In this document: positions 38,925 through 48,028 of the stretch, piece by piece | How the letters are laid out: the number at the start of each line of letters is the position of its first letter | Numbering within the stretch: the stretch's first letter is position 1 | DNA from: Thermoplasmatota archaeon | Lineage (GTDB): Archaea; Thermoplasmatota; E2; UBA202; DSCA01 | NCBI GenBank assembly: GCA_034660695.1 | Contig: JAYEJS010000114.1 | Coordinates: forward strand, 8,144 to 69,051 | Reading direction: 5' to 3' | DNA length: 60,908 bases | Notes under the pieces: generated by a model | Told to the model about the DNA's origin: nothing | What the model saw: the letters and a program-made list of their open reading frames with translations, nothing else | The model's database searches: none | Made by a program: the position numbers and the translations under genes

Positions 38925-39635
38925 TTATTCCTCCTCGAATGTTTTATATTTTTTCAGCAGTGCTTCTTTCTGCAATTTCGATATCTTCCTGCATCCTTTG
39001 ATGGCAAGATCTATCGCCTCGTCAAACTCTTTGACCGTCATATGCCCGTCCATCTGGAGCAGCAAAATATCTTCATTTCTGGGGGCTATTGCCACTGGCA
39101 AATCGGCATCCCCTTTCTTATCCTCTTCTCCTATAAGGTCAAGCACCACAATCCCGTCCACCTTCCCTGCAGCACATGAAACAGGTATATCCCTCATTGG
39201 AATGCCCGCAGCCGCAAGGGCGACAGCCGCAGCGGTTATGCCGGCGCATCTCGTCCCTGCCTCAGCATCCAGAACCTCTATATTCACATCTATCACCGCT
39301 CTTGGAAACATCTCGGTCAATATCACATTCTCAAGTGCTTCCGATGTAATTTTTGATATCTCCTGACTTCTTCTATCCGGTCCCGGTCTTTTTCTGTCGT
39401 CAACACTAAAGGATGCCATATTATACCTTGCGTTTACAATTGCCTTGGTTGGATTCTGTATATGACGGGGCACGGCCTCTCTTGGCCCGTACACCGCCGC
39501 CATTATTTTATTTCCACCCCATTCTAGATAGCATGAACCGTCTGCCCTATAAAGAGGACCTGCCTCTATTTTTATTGGCCTTAATTCATCCGGTGCACGG
39601 CCGTCCAGTCTTTTTCCATCTTTTATCAAATTCAT
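38925..39635 (-). CDS. rrp41: Exosome complex exonuclease Rrp41 (RNase PH)
   Basis: Blocks are [25 protein letters not shown] and TRCAGITAA. Confidence 0.9.
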   Translation of the reverse strand: MNLIKDGKRLDGRAPDELRPIKIEAGPLYRADGSCYLEWGGNKIMAAVYGPREAVPRHIQNPTKAIVNARYNMASFSVDDRKRPGPDRRSQEISKITSEALENVILTEMFPRAVIDVNIEVLDAEAGTRCAGITAAAVALAAAGIPMRDIPVSCAAGKVDGIVVLDLIGEEDKKGDADLPVAIAPRNEDILLLQMDGHMTVKEFDEAIDLAIKGCRKISKLQKEALLKKYKTFEEE

Positions 39636-40298
39636 TTAATCACCCTTACTTTCCAAAAACTTGGATATTTTATCTGTAAGCCCTGTTGTATGGGCTTCTT
39701 TTTCTATTTTATGTATGGCTTCAACAAGAATTGCCATTTTATCGTCTTTTCCCTTAATCCAAACTCTTCCGTTTTGCCCAACAAATATCCAGCATCTCGT
39801 GCCCTGACGCAACAGCGATACCATCGATCCGTTTTTTCCTATGACTCTGGGGACTTTAGACGGCTGAATTTCGACTATTACGCCTTCCTCCACTTTCCTG
39901 CAGTGTTTGCCCCTCATAGATATTTCTATATTCCTCGCCTCATTTATCGACATCACGTCTGCTATGATGACCTCACCCGTGTTCAAAAAATGGGAGGCTT
40001 CACCGAATTCCACTCTCCACGGAACTTCATCAGCTCGCAGCAACGCCGGATACGGGGCGTTTATGTCCGCCATCCAGCTCATTTTTGATGCTTCTTTTAT
40101 TACTCCTATAACTGTATCCCCCACGGATGGGTCGTACACGCCGGAGAGAGAAATGACATTGAGATATCCTGACTTCTCTTCCAGAATGCCGAGTCGAGAA
40201 GAATATATATTTTTCCCCTCCCTAAACGTACCTCTTCCCTGCTTATTGCCGTCTATTTTTCCTAACAAAGTTCCGGGTATAACTATTTTTCTTTCCAT
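39636..40298 (-). CDS. rrp4: Exosome complex RNA-binding protein Rrp4 (S1 + KH)
   Basis: The start was moved to MERKIVIPG, which follows GGAGGAAG and clears the upstream gene. S1 and KH (VIGKNGSMV) blocks are present. Confidence 0.85.
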   Translation of the reverse strand: MERKIVIPGTLLGKIDGNKQGRGTFREGKNIYSSRLGILEEKSGYLNVISLSGVYDPSVGDTVIGVIKEASKMSWMADINAPYPALLRADEVPWRVEFGEASHFLNTGEVIIADVMSINEARNIEISMRGKHCRKVEEGVIVEIQPSKVPRVIGKNGSMVSLLRQGTRCWIFVGQNGRVWIKGKDDKMAILVEAIHKIEKEAHTTGLTDKISKFLESKGD

Positions 40299-40314
40299 GC
40301 TACTTCCTCCAAAA

Positions 40315-41010
40315 TTATTTACAAATTTTTGTTTCCACATCACCTTTTGTCATGTTGTTGAGTTTATCATAAAACTCCGTCTGCATTCCCGCCGGAATTT
40401 CTATCCTACATTTCCAGGAGCCGTCAGGCAGCCATTCTTCTTTTAGTATGGTCCCGAACGACTTTACTTCCCCGTATGCCCTGCCTGCATACTTACCCTG
40501 TATTTTCACTTCTATTTCCACATTTTCAATCGATATGGGGATTATCGGGCGGATTGCATTGATAATATCTTTAATTTGTACATCCACCGGCTTAAAAGGA
40601 TCTATATGTACGCCGGCTTCCTCGATTGCCAACTCTATCCTATCCTTCGGATGGGGTAGTTTTGTCTGTGGATTCATTGAATTGCGAGCTATGGTATCAA
40701 TTATTTTTTTCTTTTTTCTTTCCTGCATCTCCCTCCTCTGGCTTGTGGTTAGCTGAATCTTTCCTTCCTTTACGATTATCTTCGCTATGCTGTTAATGTC
40801 GGTTGTGCCAAACACCTCGCTTATTGACTCCTCTGATGCTTTTGTTCCTTTATTGGCATCTTTAAAAACAAGGTCTGTGGCCAGGTTTTCCGATAAATTT
40901 ATGTCCCTGCCATCCAAAAAATCTTCTGCAGCCTTAGGGTCTACCAATATCTCGAAATGTATTCCCTTTTTTTCATATCGTGCGACTACTGCATCTTCTA
41001 ACGAGACCAT
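40315..41010 (-). CDS. sdo1: SBDS-family ribosome maturation protein (Sdo1)
   Basis: The N-terminus VARYEKKGIHFEILVDP matches the family, and the position between psmA and rrp4 is conserved. Confidence 0.85.
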   Translation of the reverse strand: MVSLEDAVVARYEKKGIHFEILVDPKAAEDFLDGRDINLSENLATDLVFKDANKGTKASEESISEVFGTTDINSIAKIIVKEGKIQLTTSQRREMQERKKKKIIDTIARNSMNPQTKLPHPKDRIELAIEEAGVHIDPFKPVDVQIKDIINAIRPIIPISIENVEIEVKIQGKYAGRAYGEVKSFGTILKEEWLPDGSWKCRIEIPAGMQTEFYDKLNNMTKGDVETKICK

Positions 41011-41723
41011 TATTTACCTACCACCTTTAAAAAATATTTTTCACATTCCTTTTCCGAGAGAATCCTGAAATTCTCCTTTTTAGTGACAATACCTACCTCG
41101 ACAGCACTCTTCCCAAGTTTTTTATCAGTTGCTTCATATAATGCTTCTATCCCGAGCACAATAGCCTCTTCTTTTCCGGTCATTTCATATTTCTTTTCAA
41201 GGAATTCTATTGCTATATCTCTTCCGTTACCTTCGGCAGTTGCCTTATATTCCATCATTGCCCCGGAAGGATCCGTGGCAAAAAGACGAGGATGGTCGTT
41301 ATCAATGCCACTTATAATGAGAGCTGTACCGAATGGCCGGACTCCTCCGTACTGTGTATATGTCTGCTTAAAATCGCATATTTTTTTAACCAGTGCTTTT
41401 ATCTGGATTTTTTCGTCGTACGTTATACGATTTATCTGGGCCTCTATCCTTGCCCTGTCAACCAAGACACGTGCATCCGCCACTAAGCCTGAGGTAGCAC
41501 AGCCAACATGCTCATCTATCATGAATATTTTTTCTATGGACGATGGTTCGACAAGTTTTGATGTTATCCTTCTGTCAACTATCAGGGCGACTCCATCCGT
41601 GAATTTTAGCCCGACCGTTGTTGTGCCCCGTTTCACCGCCTCTCTTGCATATTCTACCTGAAATAATCTGCCGTCCGGCGAGAAGACAGTAATAGCCCTA
41701 TCATATGCCATCTGTGGTTTCAT
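41010..41723 (-). CDS. psmA: Proteasome subunit alpha
   Basis: The block YDRAITVFSPDGRLFQVEYAREAVKRG matches proteasome alpha subunits. Confidence 0.92.
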   Translation of the reverse strand: MKPQMAYDRAITVFSPDGRLFQVEYAREAVKRGTTTVGLKFTDGVALIVDRRITSKLVEPSSIEKIFMIDEHVGCATSGLVADARVLVDRARIEAQINRITYDEKIQIKALVKKICDFKQTYTQYGGVRPFGTALIISGIDNDHPRLFATDPSGAMMEYKATAEGNGRDIAIEFLEKKYEMTGKEEAIVLGIEALYEATDKKLGKSAVEVGIVTKKENFRILSEKECEKYFLKVVGK

Positions 41724-41815
41724 TTCAACACCTTATAATTTAACAAGTAATAATCCACTGAATATATAATTTGTGATAGCCCCATGGCCGAGTGAAACAA
41801 CCAGGGGTATTACGT

Positions 41816-42031
41816 TCAGCAGGAGCTGTGTTCAATGGCGTTATTGGGACAGGACTCAATGCATACACAGCATTCGATGCAGTCATCAATTTTCGACGCC
41901 ACTGCCTTCCCGTCCACCAGCTCGTACACATCCACGGGACAATCTTCGATGCACTTTCCGGTACCGTTACATTTGTCATGATCTATCTTTATCGTTATGT
42001 CTCCTGATGAAGAAGTAAATTCTTTTATCAT
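41816..42031 (-). CDS. 2x[4Fe-4S]-type ferredoxin-like protein
   Basis: Cys clusters are CNGTGKCIEDCP and CIECCVCIESCP. The start was moved to the internal MIKEF. Confidence 0.65.
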   Translation of the reverse strand: MIKEFTSSSGDITIKIDHDKCNGTGKCIEDCPVDVYELVDGKAVASKIDDCIECCVCIESCPNNAIEHSSC

Positions 42032-42245
42032 GAGGGGTGAATTAAACTTTCCTTTATAACTTTTATGATTAGATTTATAGAGAATGAACAAGTGAAGAAG
42101 ACCAAGATAAACAAACTAACAAGGCAGACATACTAAAAAAGGATATAGGGAATATGATTTGCTACTTCAAGGATGAAAAGTTAGAGAACATACTTCCCTT
42201 AATCAATAGAACCAAAGAATGAAAATATAGTTGCAATTAGAGAAA

Positions 42246-42319
42246 TGGGCCCACGGGGGTTTGAACCCCGGATCTCCGCCGTGTGAGGGCGACGTCATAA
42301 CCAGCTAGACCATGGGCCC
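42246..42319 (-). tRNA. tRNA-Val (anticodon CAC), intronless
   Basis: Acceptor GGGCCCA/TGGGCCC plus A. Anticodon stem TCGCC/GGCGG with loop CTCACAC. T arm is CGGGG-TTCAAAC-CCCCG. Confidence 0.9.
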
Positions 42320-42457
42320 GGAGCAAATAGAAAATAGAGGAGAATATATTAATTTTGGCTCATAAAATTGCAAAAATCGAAAATAAAAGAAAGTTTTAAA
42401 TATAATTATATCAATACACTTTGTTAGCAAAAAGCTATCAAATTGGGGCTGAATGAA

Positions 42458-42853
42458 ATGAAAAAAAGGGTATTGGCGGTGGATGATGAGGAGCCGATAC
42501 AGGAATTGATAAAGGTGTATCTATCTCCGCTAAACGTAAAAGTATATCAAGCATTCACCGGCGAGGATGGGGTCAAGATGTATGAAAACATGTTTGATGC
42601 GGGAAGAAGGCCTGATCTGGTCATCATGGATTTAAAGCTGCCGGGCATAGACGGCATAGAGGCAATAAAACGGATAATGAAGATTGATCCCTGGGCTGTT
42701 ATATACGGCTTTACCGCATTTTCCAGTCCGATATGGGCATCTCAGATGCTTGAGGCAGGAGCAAAAAAGGTCATCCCGAGAAGCATGGGCTTTAGCGGCC
42801 TAAGGGGGATGGTGCAGGAAACGCTGATGAGAAAAAAAATTGCCATTCATTAA
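42458..42853 (+). CDS. Stand-alone CheY-like response-regulator receiver
   Basis: RVLAVDDEEP, phospho-acceptor context DLVIMDLKLPGIDGIE, and a conserved Thr/Lys region. No output domain is present. Confidence 0.8.
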   Translation: MKKRVLAVDDEEPIQELIKVYLSPLNVKVYQAFTGEDGVKMYENMFDAGRRPDLVIMDLKLPGIDGIEAIKRIMKIDPWAVIYGFTAFSSPIWASQMLEAGAKKVIPRSMGFSGLRGMVQETLMRKKIAIH

Positions 42854-42873
42854 AAATTTCATGCCAAAATAAG

Positions 42874-42978
42874 CGGGCGTGGTGGGATTTTCGCACAACT
42901 TATCAAACAAGTTGCAGTTCGAACCCACGATTGCTGGCTTAGAAGGCCAGCGCCATATCCTAGCTAGGCCACACGCCC
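42874..42978 (-). tRNA. tRNA-Arg (anticodon UCU) with a 30-nt T-loop intron (59/60)
   Basis: Acceptor GGGCGTG/CACGCCC plus G. Anticodon stem CTGGC/GCCAG with loop CTTCTAA. T stem GTGGG/CCCAC is separated by 37 nt. The predicted intron is 42888-42917. Confidence 0.85.
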
Positions 42979-43020
42979 ACTTTGTAGCACCAACGTAAGA
43001 AAGTGCACTTGATAATAAAA

Positions 43021-43242
43021 TCATTCGTATCTGGCCGATTCGTCTATAAGTTCTTCCACCCTGCCGTTTTTAACTGTAACAGGATGAGATATTATAGTTC
43101 TTCTGCAACAGTACCTTTTGATGCCCAGATCGTCCAGCACCTTCTCCGGCTCTTCCCCATTGATATATACTCTTTCCTTGTATCCCTCAAATAGGGAACC
43201 GAGCACTTTTCCACATGTGAAACATCTTATAGGTATTATCAT
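43021..43242 (-). CDS. rpoN: DNA-directed RNA polymerase subunit N (Rpo10)
   Basis: [15 protein letters not shown]...RYCCRR. The start was set to the internal Met directly after the rps9 stop. Confidence 0.85.
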   Translation of the reverse strand: MIIPIRCFTCGKVLGSLFEGYKERVYINGEEPEKVLDDLGIKRYCCRRTIISHPVTVKNGRVEELIDESARYE

Positions 43243-43243
43243 T

Positions 43244-43645
43244 TTATCTATACGATTTTTGCCTTTTCTTTCTGGCCCCTCGCCCAAGCTGCTTCTTGGG
43301 TTCCTTGCGGCGGGTATCGCTCACAAGAAGCGTGCGGTCATATTCCATGAACATCTTTTTTAGTTCCTCGCTGTCTGTATAATTCACTATGGCTTTCGCA
43401 ATGGCTGTTCTTGCGGCCTCCGCCTGGCCCATTGGGCCGCCACCTTCCACGATTACGTTTATATCAATTTTGTCCATGTATTTTTCTGCCATCTTCACCG
43501 GTTCTGCCATGAAGTCCCTCACAAACTTGGATTGACAGGCATTGAGGTTGATGCTGTTTATTCTGACCACGCCTTTTCCCTTCCTTGCCACTGCCCTTGC
43601 AATAGAGCTTTTTCTTTTGCCGGACTGAATCACTGCTTTTACCAT
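43244..43645 (-). CDS. rps9: 30S ribosomal protein S9 (uS9)
   Basis: [10 protein letters not shown] at the N-terminus and ...RKKRQKSYR at the C-terminus. Confidence 0.9.
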   Translation of the reverse strand: MVKAVIQSGKRKSSIARAVARKGKGVVRINSINLNACQSKFVRDFMAEPVKMAEKYMDKIDINVIVEGGGPMGQAEAARTAIAKAIVNYTDSEELKKMFMEYDRTLLVSDTRRKEPKKQLGRGARKKRQKSYR

Positions 43646-44049
43646 GACACCCCCAGATATTCCGAAAGTTCTTTGAGAGTAATACAGCGTGATGAACTTC
43701 CTGATTTAATTTTCTCAAATTTTTCTTTCTCAAATTCCTCGGGCACACCTATGTATGTCTTCAGATTTTTATATGCTTTTCTGCCTCTTGGCCGTTGGTA
43801 CGGGAGCATTCCCCTTACCGTCCTTTTCAAAATTTTGTCGGGCATTCTGGAGAAAAACGGGCCCTTTCTCTTCGTCCCTCCGACTTCTCTTTTTTTCCTA
43901 TATCTCTTCTCTATCTCGTCTTTACTGCCAACAATTATTGCCTTCTCCGCATTCACCACCGCAATTTCTTCTCCTTCTAGCAGACGTTTTGCCAGAACGG
44001 ATGAAAGCCTGCCAAGGGATGCCCCACTTGCATCTATTATCGCCGCCAT
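43639..44049 (-). CDS. rpl13: 50S ribosomal protein L13 (uL13)
   Basis: IIDASGASLGRLSSVLAKRLLEGEEIAVVNAEKAIIVG. Confidence 0.9.
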   Translation of the reverse strand: MAAIIDASGASLGRLSSVLAKRLLEGEEIAVVNAEKAIIVGSKDEIEKRYRKKREVGGTKRKGPFFSRMPDKILKRTVRGMLPYQRPRGRKAYKNLKTYIGVPEEFEKEKFEKIKSGSSSRCITLKELSEYLGVSW

Positions 44050-44403
44050 TTAACCACCAAGAATACGAATGTTTTTTCCCGCAGGATTTTTCTCCACTAT
44101 TTCCTTAATGGAATAGCACTTGCCTCCTGCATTCTCAATCTTTTTTCTCGCCTGTCCAGAAAAGCCAAGGGCAGCTACTTCAAATTTTCCTGCCTCCCCA
44201 TCCCCAAGCACTTTTCCGGGAATAAGGGCTATCTCTCCTTTATTTATGTGCTTCATTATCTTGCCAACATTTATCTCGGCCCTGCTGCGGGACGATTTCT
44301 CAAGCCTTTTTGCAATAGCCTTCCATATGCCCGCATTGTGCTTTTCTGCCGATGCATAAAGGTAACTGACCAGTTCTGTAATCTGCGGATTGCTCTTTTT
44401 CAT
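44050..44403 (-). CDS. rpl18e: 50S ribosomal protein L18e (eL18)
   Basis: MKKSNPQITELVSYL...AGIWKAIAKRLEKSSRSRAEINVGKI. The start was moved to the internal Met. Confidence 0.8.
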   Translation of the reverse strand: MKKSNPQITELVSYLYASAEKHNAGIWKAIAKRLEKSSRSRAEINVGKIMKHINKGEIALIPGKVLGDGEAGKFEVAALGFSGQARKKIENAGGKCYSIKEIVEKNPAGKNIRILGG

Positions 44404-44680
44404 CCTGGCTGATAATATAGCATTGTTTATAAGGCTTATGCTTGTTGATGGGAGAATGCCCATCATTCAATTCTTGCCCCTATGCCTAACGCACCAGAAA
44501 CACGCTTACAGTAAAAGTAATAGCCAGATAATCCAGGGGCTTGTACCTGCCCTCTTTTTATTAGATACTTACGGCATCCCATTTCTCACTTTGAAAGACT
44601 GATGTCAGTGCTATGATTTATTCGACACGGCAGAATATGCCGATACTTACTTATATCGAAAGAATATAATTAACTACTAT

Positions 44681-46114
44681 ATGAAATTCCTTTTTCTGTA
44701 TCCTACAACAGATTCTTTTTCTCTTGATGACGGTGAGAAATCTTTCATGTATGCACCCACTCTTGGTATCCTCTACCTCTCCTCAGTGCTGAGGGATAAC
44801 GGGCACGAAGCAAAGGTTATAGATATCCGCGGAGAGGAAAACCCGGGCGAGGCGATAAAGAATGAAATTAGAAATACAGATGCCATAGGAATCACGGTGC
44901 CCACATTTGCGCTGAACAATTCAAGGAAAATCGTTGGTATGATCAGAGACATCGATTCTTCCATACCTATTGTGATGGGAGGACCCCATCCGACACTCTA
45001 TCCGCATGCATCCCTGAAGGAAATAAATGCAGACATTGCCGTGGTGGGAGAAGCCGAAAACAGTATTCTGGATGTGACAAAAATCCTGGAGGGAAAGCAG
45101 GGAGCGGAGGAGGGGCGGGGGGTGTACTACAGAGAAAATGATGGAATACATGTGGGAAAGAAGGCGGAAATTATAGATGACCTGAATTCCATTCCTTTTC
45201 CTGCTCATGATCTGGTGAAAAAATACGACTATGGCAGTTCCTATGGCTTCAAACTTTTCAAGGGCAAGACAACAGCTGTGCTTGCCAGCAGGGGGTGCCC
45301 GAGAAGATGCAGCTTCTGCAGCAGGCGGTTGCTTTACATGGGAATTTACAGAAAGAGGAATGCGGAGAACGTGGTTGGAGAAATCGAGATGCTCTATGAA
45401 AGGGGGTATGAAAACGTGATAATAGCAGATGACAACTTCACCAGCGACATGAGAAAAGTTGACACGATAATGGACATGATAATGGAAAGGGGGATCGAAC
45501 TGACACTGCTGGTCAACGGGGCAAGGGTGGATTCTGCGGATGAGAGAGTATATTCAAAAATGTGGGATGCAGGGGTGAGGCTCATATCGTTCGGGCTCGA
45601 ATCTGGAAATCAGGAGATACTTGATTTTTACCGCAAAGACATAACACTTGATCAGATAAGGAGAGCTGTCGATATTAGTAACAAAACAGGATTTTTCACC
45701 ATAGGGAATTTCATAATTGGTGCACCTATCGAAACAGAAAAAGAAATCAAAAACACCATAAAGTTTGCGTCCTCCCTTCCCCTTGACATGGCTGAGTTTT
45801 TCATACTCCGGTACATGCCCGGCTCGGAACTGTGGGAGAGAGCTTTGAAGGGCGGGAAAATCGGGGAGGACGAATATCTAGTGGAAAGTGATTGCAGGAA
45901 GGGGCTTGGAAATTTTACAAGAGAAGAGCTGATACACTGGAAAAATCTTGCATACAAAAACTTCTACTTCAGACCGTTGTATATTGCAAATGAACTTCGC
46001 AAATTCATATCGAGGTTCGACATTCGCCTCATAAAGGCAGGATTCTCGATGCTGAAGATTCTACGGTACCGGACCAAAAAGGACGAGAAAGTCTGGAAAA
46101 TGCTGGAAAAATAG
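44681..46114 (+). CDS. B12-binding-domain radical SAM enzyme (paralogue of 23181-24569)
   Basis: It is collinear with the first copy along the full length, including shared blocks SFMYAP.LGI.YL, IPFP, SRGCP..C.FCS, NVIIADDNF, GARVDSA, FG.ESGNQ.ILDFY and TGFFTIGNFIIGAPIE. Confidence 0.8.
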   Translation: MKFLFLYPTTDSFSLDDGEKSFMYAPTLGILYLSSVLRDNGHEAKVIDIRGEENPGEAIKNEIRNTDAIGITVPTFALNNSRKIVGMIRDIDSSIPIVMGGPHPTLYPHASLKEINADIAVVGEAENSILDVTKILEGKQGAEEGRGVYYRENDGIHVGKKAEIIDDLNSIPFPAHDLVKKYDYGSSYGFKLFKGKTTAVLASRGCPRRCSFCSRRLLYMGIYRKRNAENVVGEIEMLYERGYENVIIADDNFTSDMRKVDTIMDMIMERGIELTLLVNGARVDSADERVYSKMWDAGVRLISFGLESGNQEILDFYRKDITLDQIRRAVDISNKTGFFTIGNFIIGAPIETEKEIKNTIKFASSLPLDMAEFFILRYMPGSELWERALKGGKIGEDEYLVESDCRKGLGNFTREELIHWKNLAYKNFYFRPLYIANELRKFISRFDIRLIKAGFSMLKILRYRTKKDEKVWKMLEK

Positions 46115-46176
46115 GATTATGGTGATAAAACATGCCATCCGTTATCTACTTATATTGTAAAAATAATTAATAGGCT

Positions 46177-47319
46177 ATGAAAATATTTGGGCATTATAAT
46201 CCAGTTGAATTGTATTTTGGTACTGGAACTCTGGAAAAAGTTGGTGGTCTTGCGAAAAAATACGGAAATAAAGCTTTGATTGTTACAGGCAGGCACAGCA
46301 TGAAAGAAAGCGGTGCCCTGGATAGACTTTTGCACTATCTCAACATCTCGGGAGTGGAGACAGATATTTTTGATGAAGTGGAGCCCAACCCTTCATACAC
46401 GACAGTGGATAGAGGAGCGAGCATGGCAAGGAAATGCGACATAGTTATAGGACTTGGAGGCGGAAGTGCCATGGATGCAGCAAAAGCGATATCAATATCC
46501 GCATCAAACAATCTACCGATTTCCAGTTTTTATTCGGGCGAAGAGCCGACAGGGGCAATACCTGTAATAGAAATTGCCACTACTGCTGGCACAGGAAGTG
46601 AAGCTGACAGATATTTTGTGCTGACAAACCCGGAAACAAAAGAAAAACATGGGCGGGGATATCGATACACATATCCGGTTGCGTCAATAGTAGATCCATC
46701 CCTGATGAAAACTATGCCCCCTAGACTTACTGCATCAACCGGCATAGATGCTTTCTTCCACGGGCTCGAATCCTATGTTTCGAAGATATCCACACCCTTT
46801 AGCGAGCTATATGCAAAAGAAGCAATGAATCTAGTAGCAAAAAATATAGAAAATGCCTACAGAAATGGCAGTGATATAGATGGCAGAGAAAAAATGGCAT
46901 TGGCAAGCACTTTGGCCGGGATGGCAATAGACGGTAGCAGAACTACATTGCTGCATGCACTGGAGCATCCCGTAAGCGGTCACCTTGGCATATCGCATGG
47001 AGAAGGATTGGCTGCCCTATCTATGGCATATATGGAATTCACATATCCTGCCTGCCCGGAAAAATTTGCGAGAATTGCCCGGCTGTTGGGAGAAGAGATA
47101 GACAAATTACCGATGGAAGAAGCTGCCCGGAAGAGCGTGCGGGGAGTGAAAAATCTTCTGGATAAAGTAGACATGAATCTTGGGCTTGCTGACATTGGAG
47201 TTGAGAAGGATATGATAGATATATTTGTGGAAGATGCACGTAAAAGCCATTTAGTGAAGATAAATCCCCGTTCTGCTACTCCCGAAGACATGAAGGAGAT
47301 ATATTATAAATCTTTATGA
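46177..47319 (+). CDS. Iron-containing (group III) alcohol dehydrogenase
   Basis: GLGGGSAMDAAKAI glycine-rich NAD motif, His-rich metal site LLHALEHPVSGH, and Fe-ADH length. Confidence 0.8.
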   Translation: MKIFGHYNPVELYFGTGTLEKVGGLAKKYGNKALIVTGRHSMKESGALDRLLHYLNISGVETDIFDEVEPNPSYTTVDRGASMARKCDIVIGLGGGSAMDAAKAISISASNNLPISSFYSGEEPTGAIPVIEIATTAGTGSEADRYFVLTNPETKEKHGRGYRYTYPVASIVDPSLMKTMPPRLTASTGIDAFFHGLESYVSKISTPFSELYAKEAMNLVAKNIENAYRNGSDIDGREKMALASTLAGMAIDGSRTTLLHALEHPVSGHLGISHGEGLAALSMAYMEFTYPACPEKFARIARLLGEEIDKLPMEEAARKSVRGVKNLLDKVDMNLGLADIGVEKDMIDIFVEDARKSHLVKINPRSATPEDMKEIYYKSL

Positions 47320-47377
47320 ACGGGATGATGCCCATCAAAATCAGTTAAATCCTTATATCTTTTAACGATTTACCATC

Positions 47378-48028
47378 ATGCTGAAAGTGGGCATTCTTGC
47401 ATCTGGCGGGGGAACGAATCTGCAGGCCATTATTGATGCATGCGAGCAACGCAGAATAAATGCTGAAGTTGTCGCTGTTGTAAGCGACAATAAAAACGCA
47501 TTTGCACTTGAAAGAGCGAAAAAGCATGGAATAGATGCTTATTTTTCAGATGCATCAGATAAAAAAAGGCATGAAGGAGAGATAAACAAAATATTCAGCG
47601 AAAAAGGAGTGGGGCTTGCTGTTGGAGCTGGCTACATGCGAATACTTTGCCCGCAATTTATCCGGGAATGGTACGGACGGATTATAAACATTCATCCAGC
47701 ACTGCTTCCTTCGTTTAAAGGAACGAATGGGCAGGGGGATGCTCTTGAGTACGGGGTGAAAATAACTGGATGCACAACGCATTTCATTGATGAAAAGCCC
47801 GACCACGGACCAATCATACTACAGGCTGCTGTCCGTGTTCATGGACATGATGACAGAAATGAACTTGCGAAACGCATACTCAACGTGGAGCATCAATTAT
47901 TGCCCAGAAGTATCGATTTATTTGAGCAGGGCAGGCTTGAAATAGAAGGCAGGAGAGTGAGAATTTTGCCGGGTGATTCCTGGATGAAATATGCACTGCC
48001 CGACGTCCTGTATTCGGAAGGATTTTAA
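47378..48028 (+). CDS. purN: Phosphoribosylglycinamide formyltransferase
   Basis: VGILASGGGTNLQAIIDA, INIHPALLPSFKG and TGCTTHFIDEKPDHGPII. Confidence 0.88.
   Translation: MLKVGILASGGGTNLQAIIDACEQRRINAEVVAVVSDNKNAFALERAKKHGIDAYFSDASDKKRHEGEINKIFSEKGVGLAVGAGYMRILCPQFIREWYGRIINIHPALLPSFKGTNGQGDALEYGVKITGCTTHFIDEKPDHGPIILQAAVRVHGHDDRNELAKRILNVEHQLLPRSIDLFEQGRLEIEGRRVRILPGDSWMKYALPDVLYSEGF

Noticed and set aside
42800-43024. 74-aa minus-strand ORF
   Set aside because: It covers tRNA-Arg (42874-42978). The sequence is explained by the tRNA and its intron.
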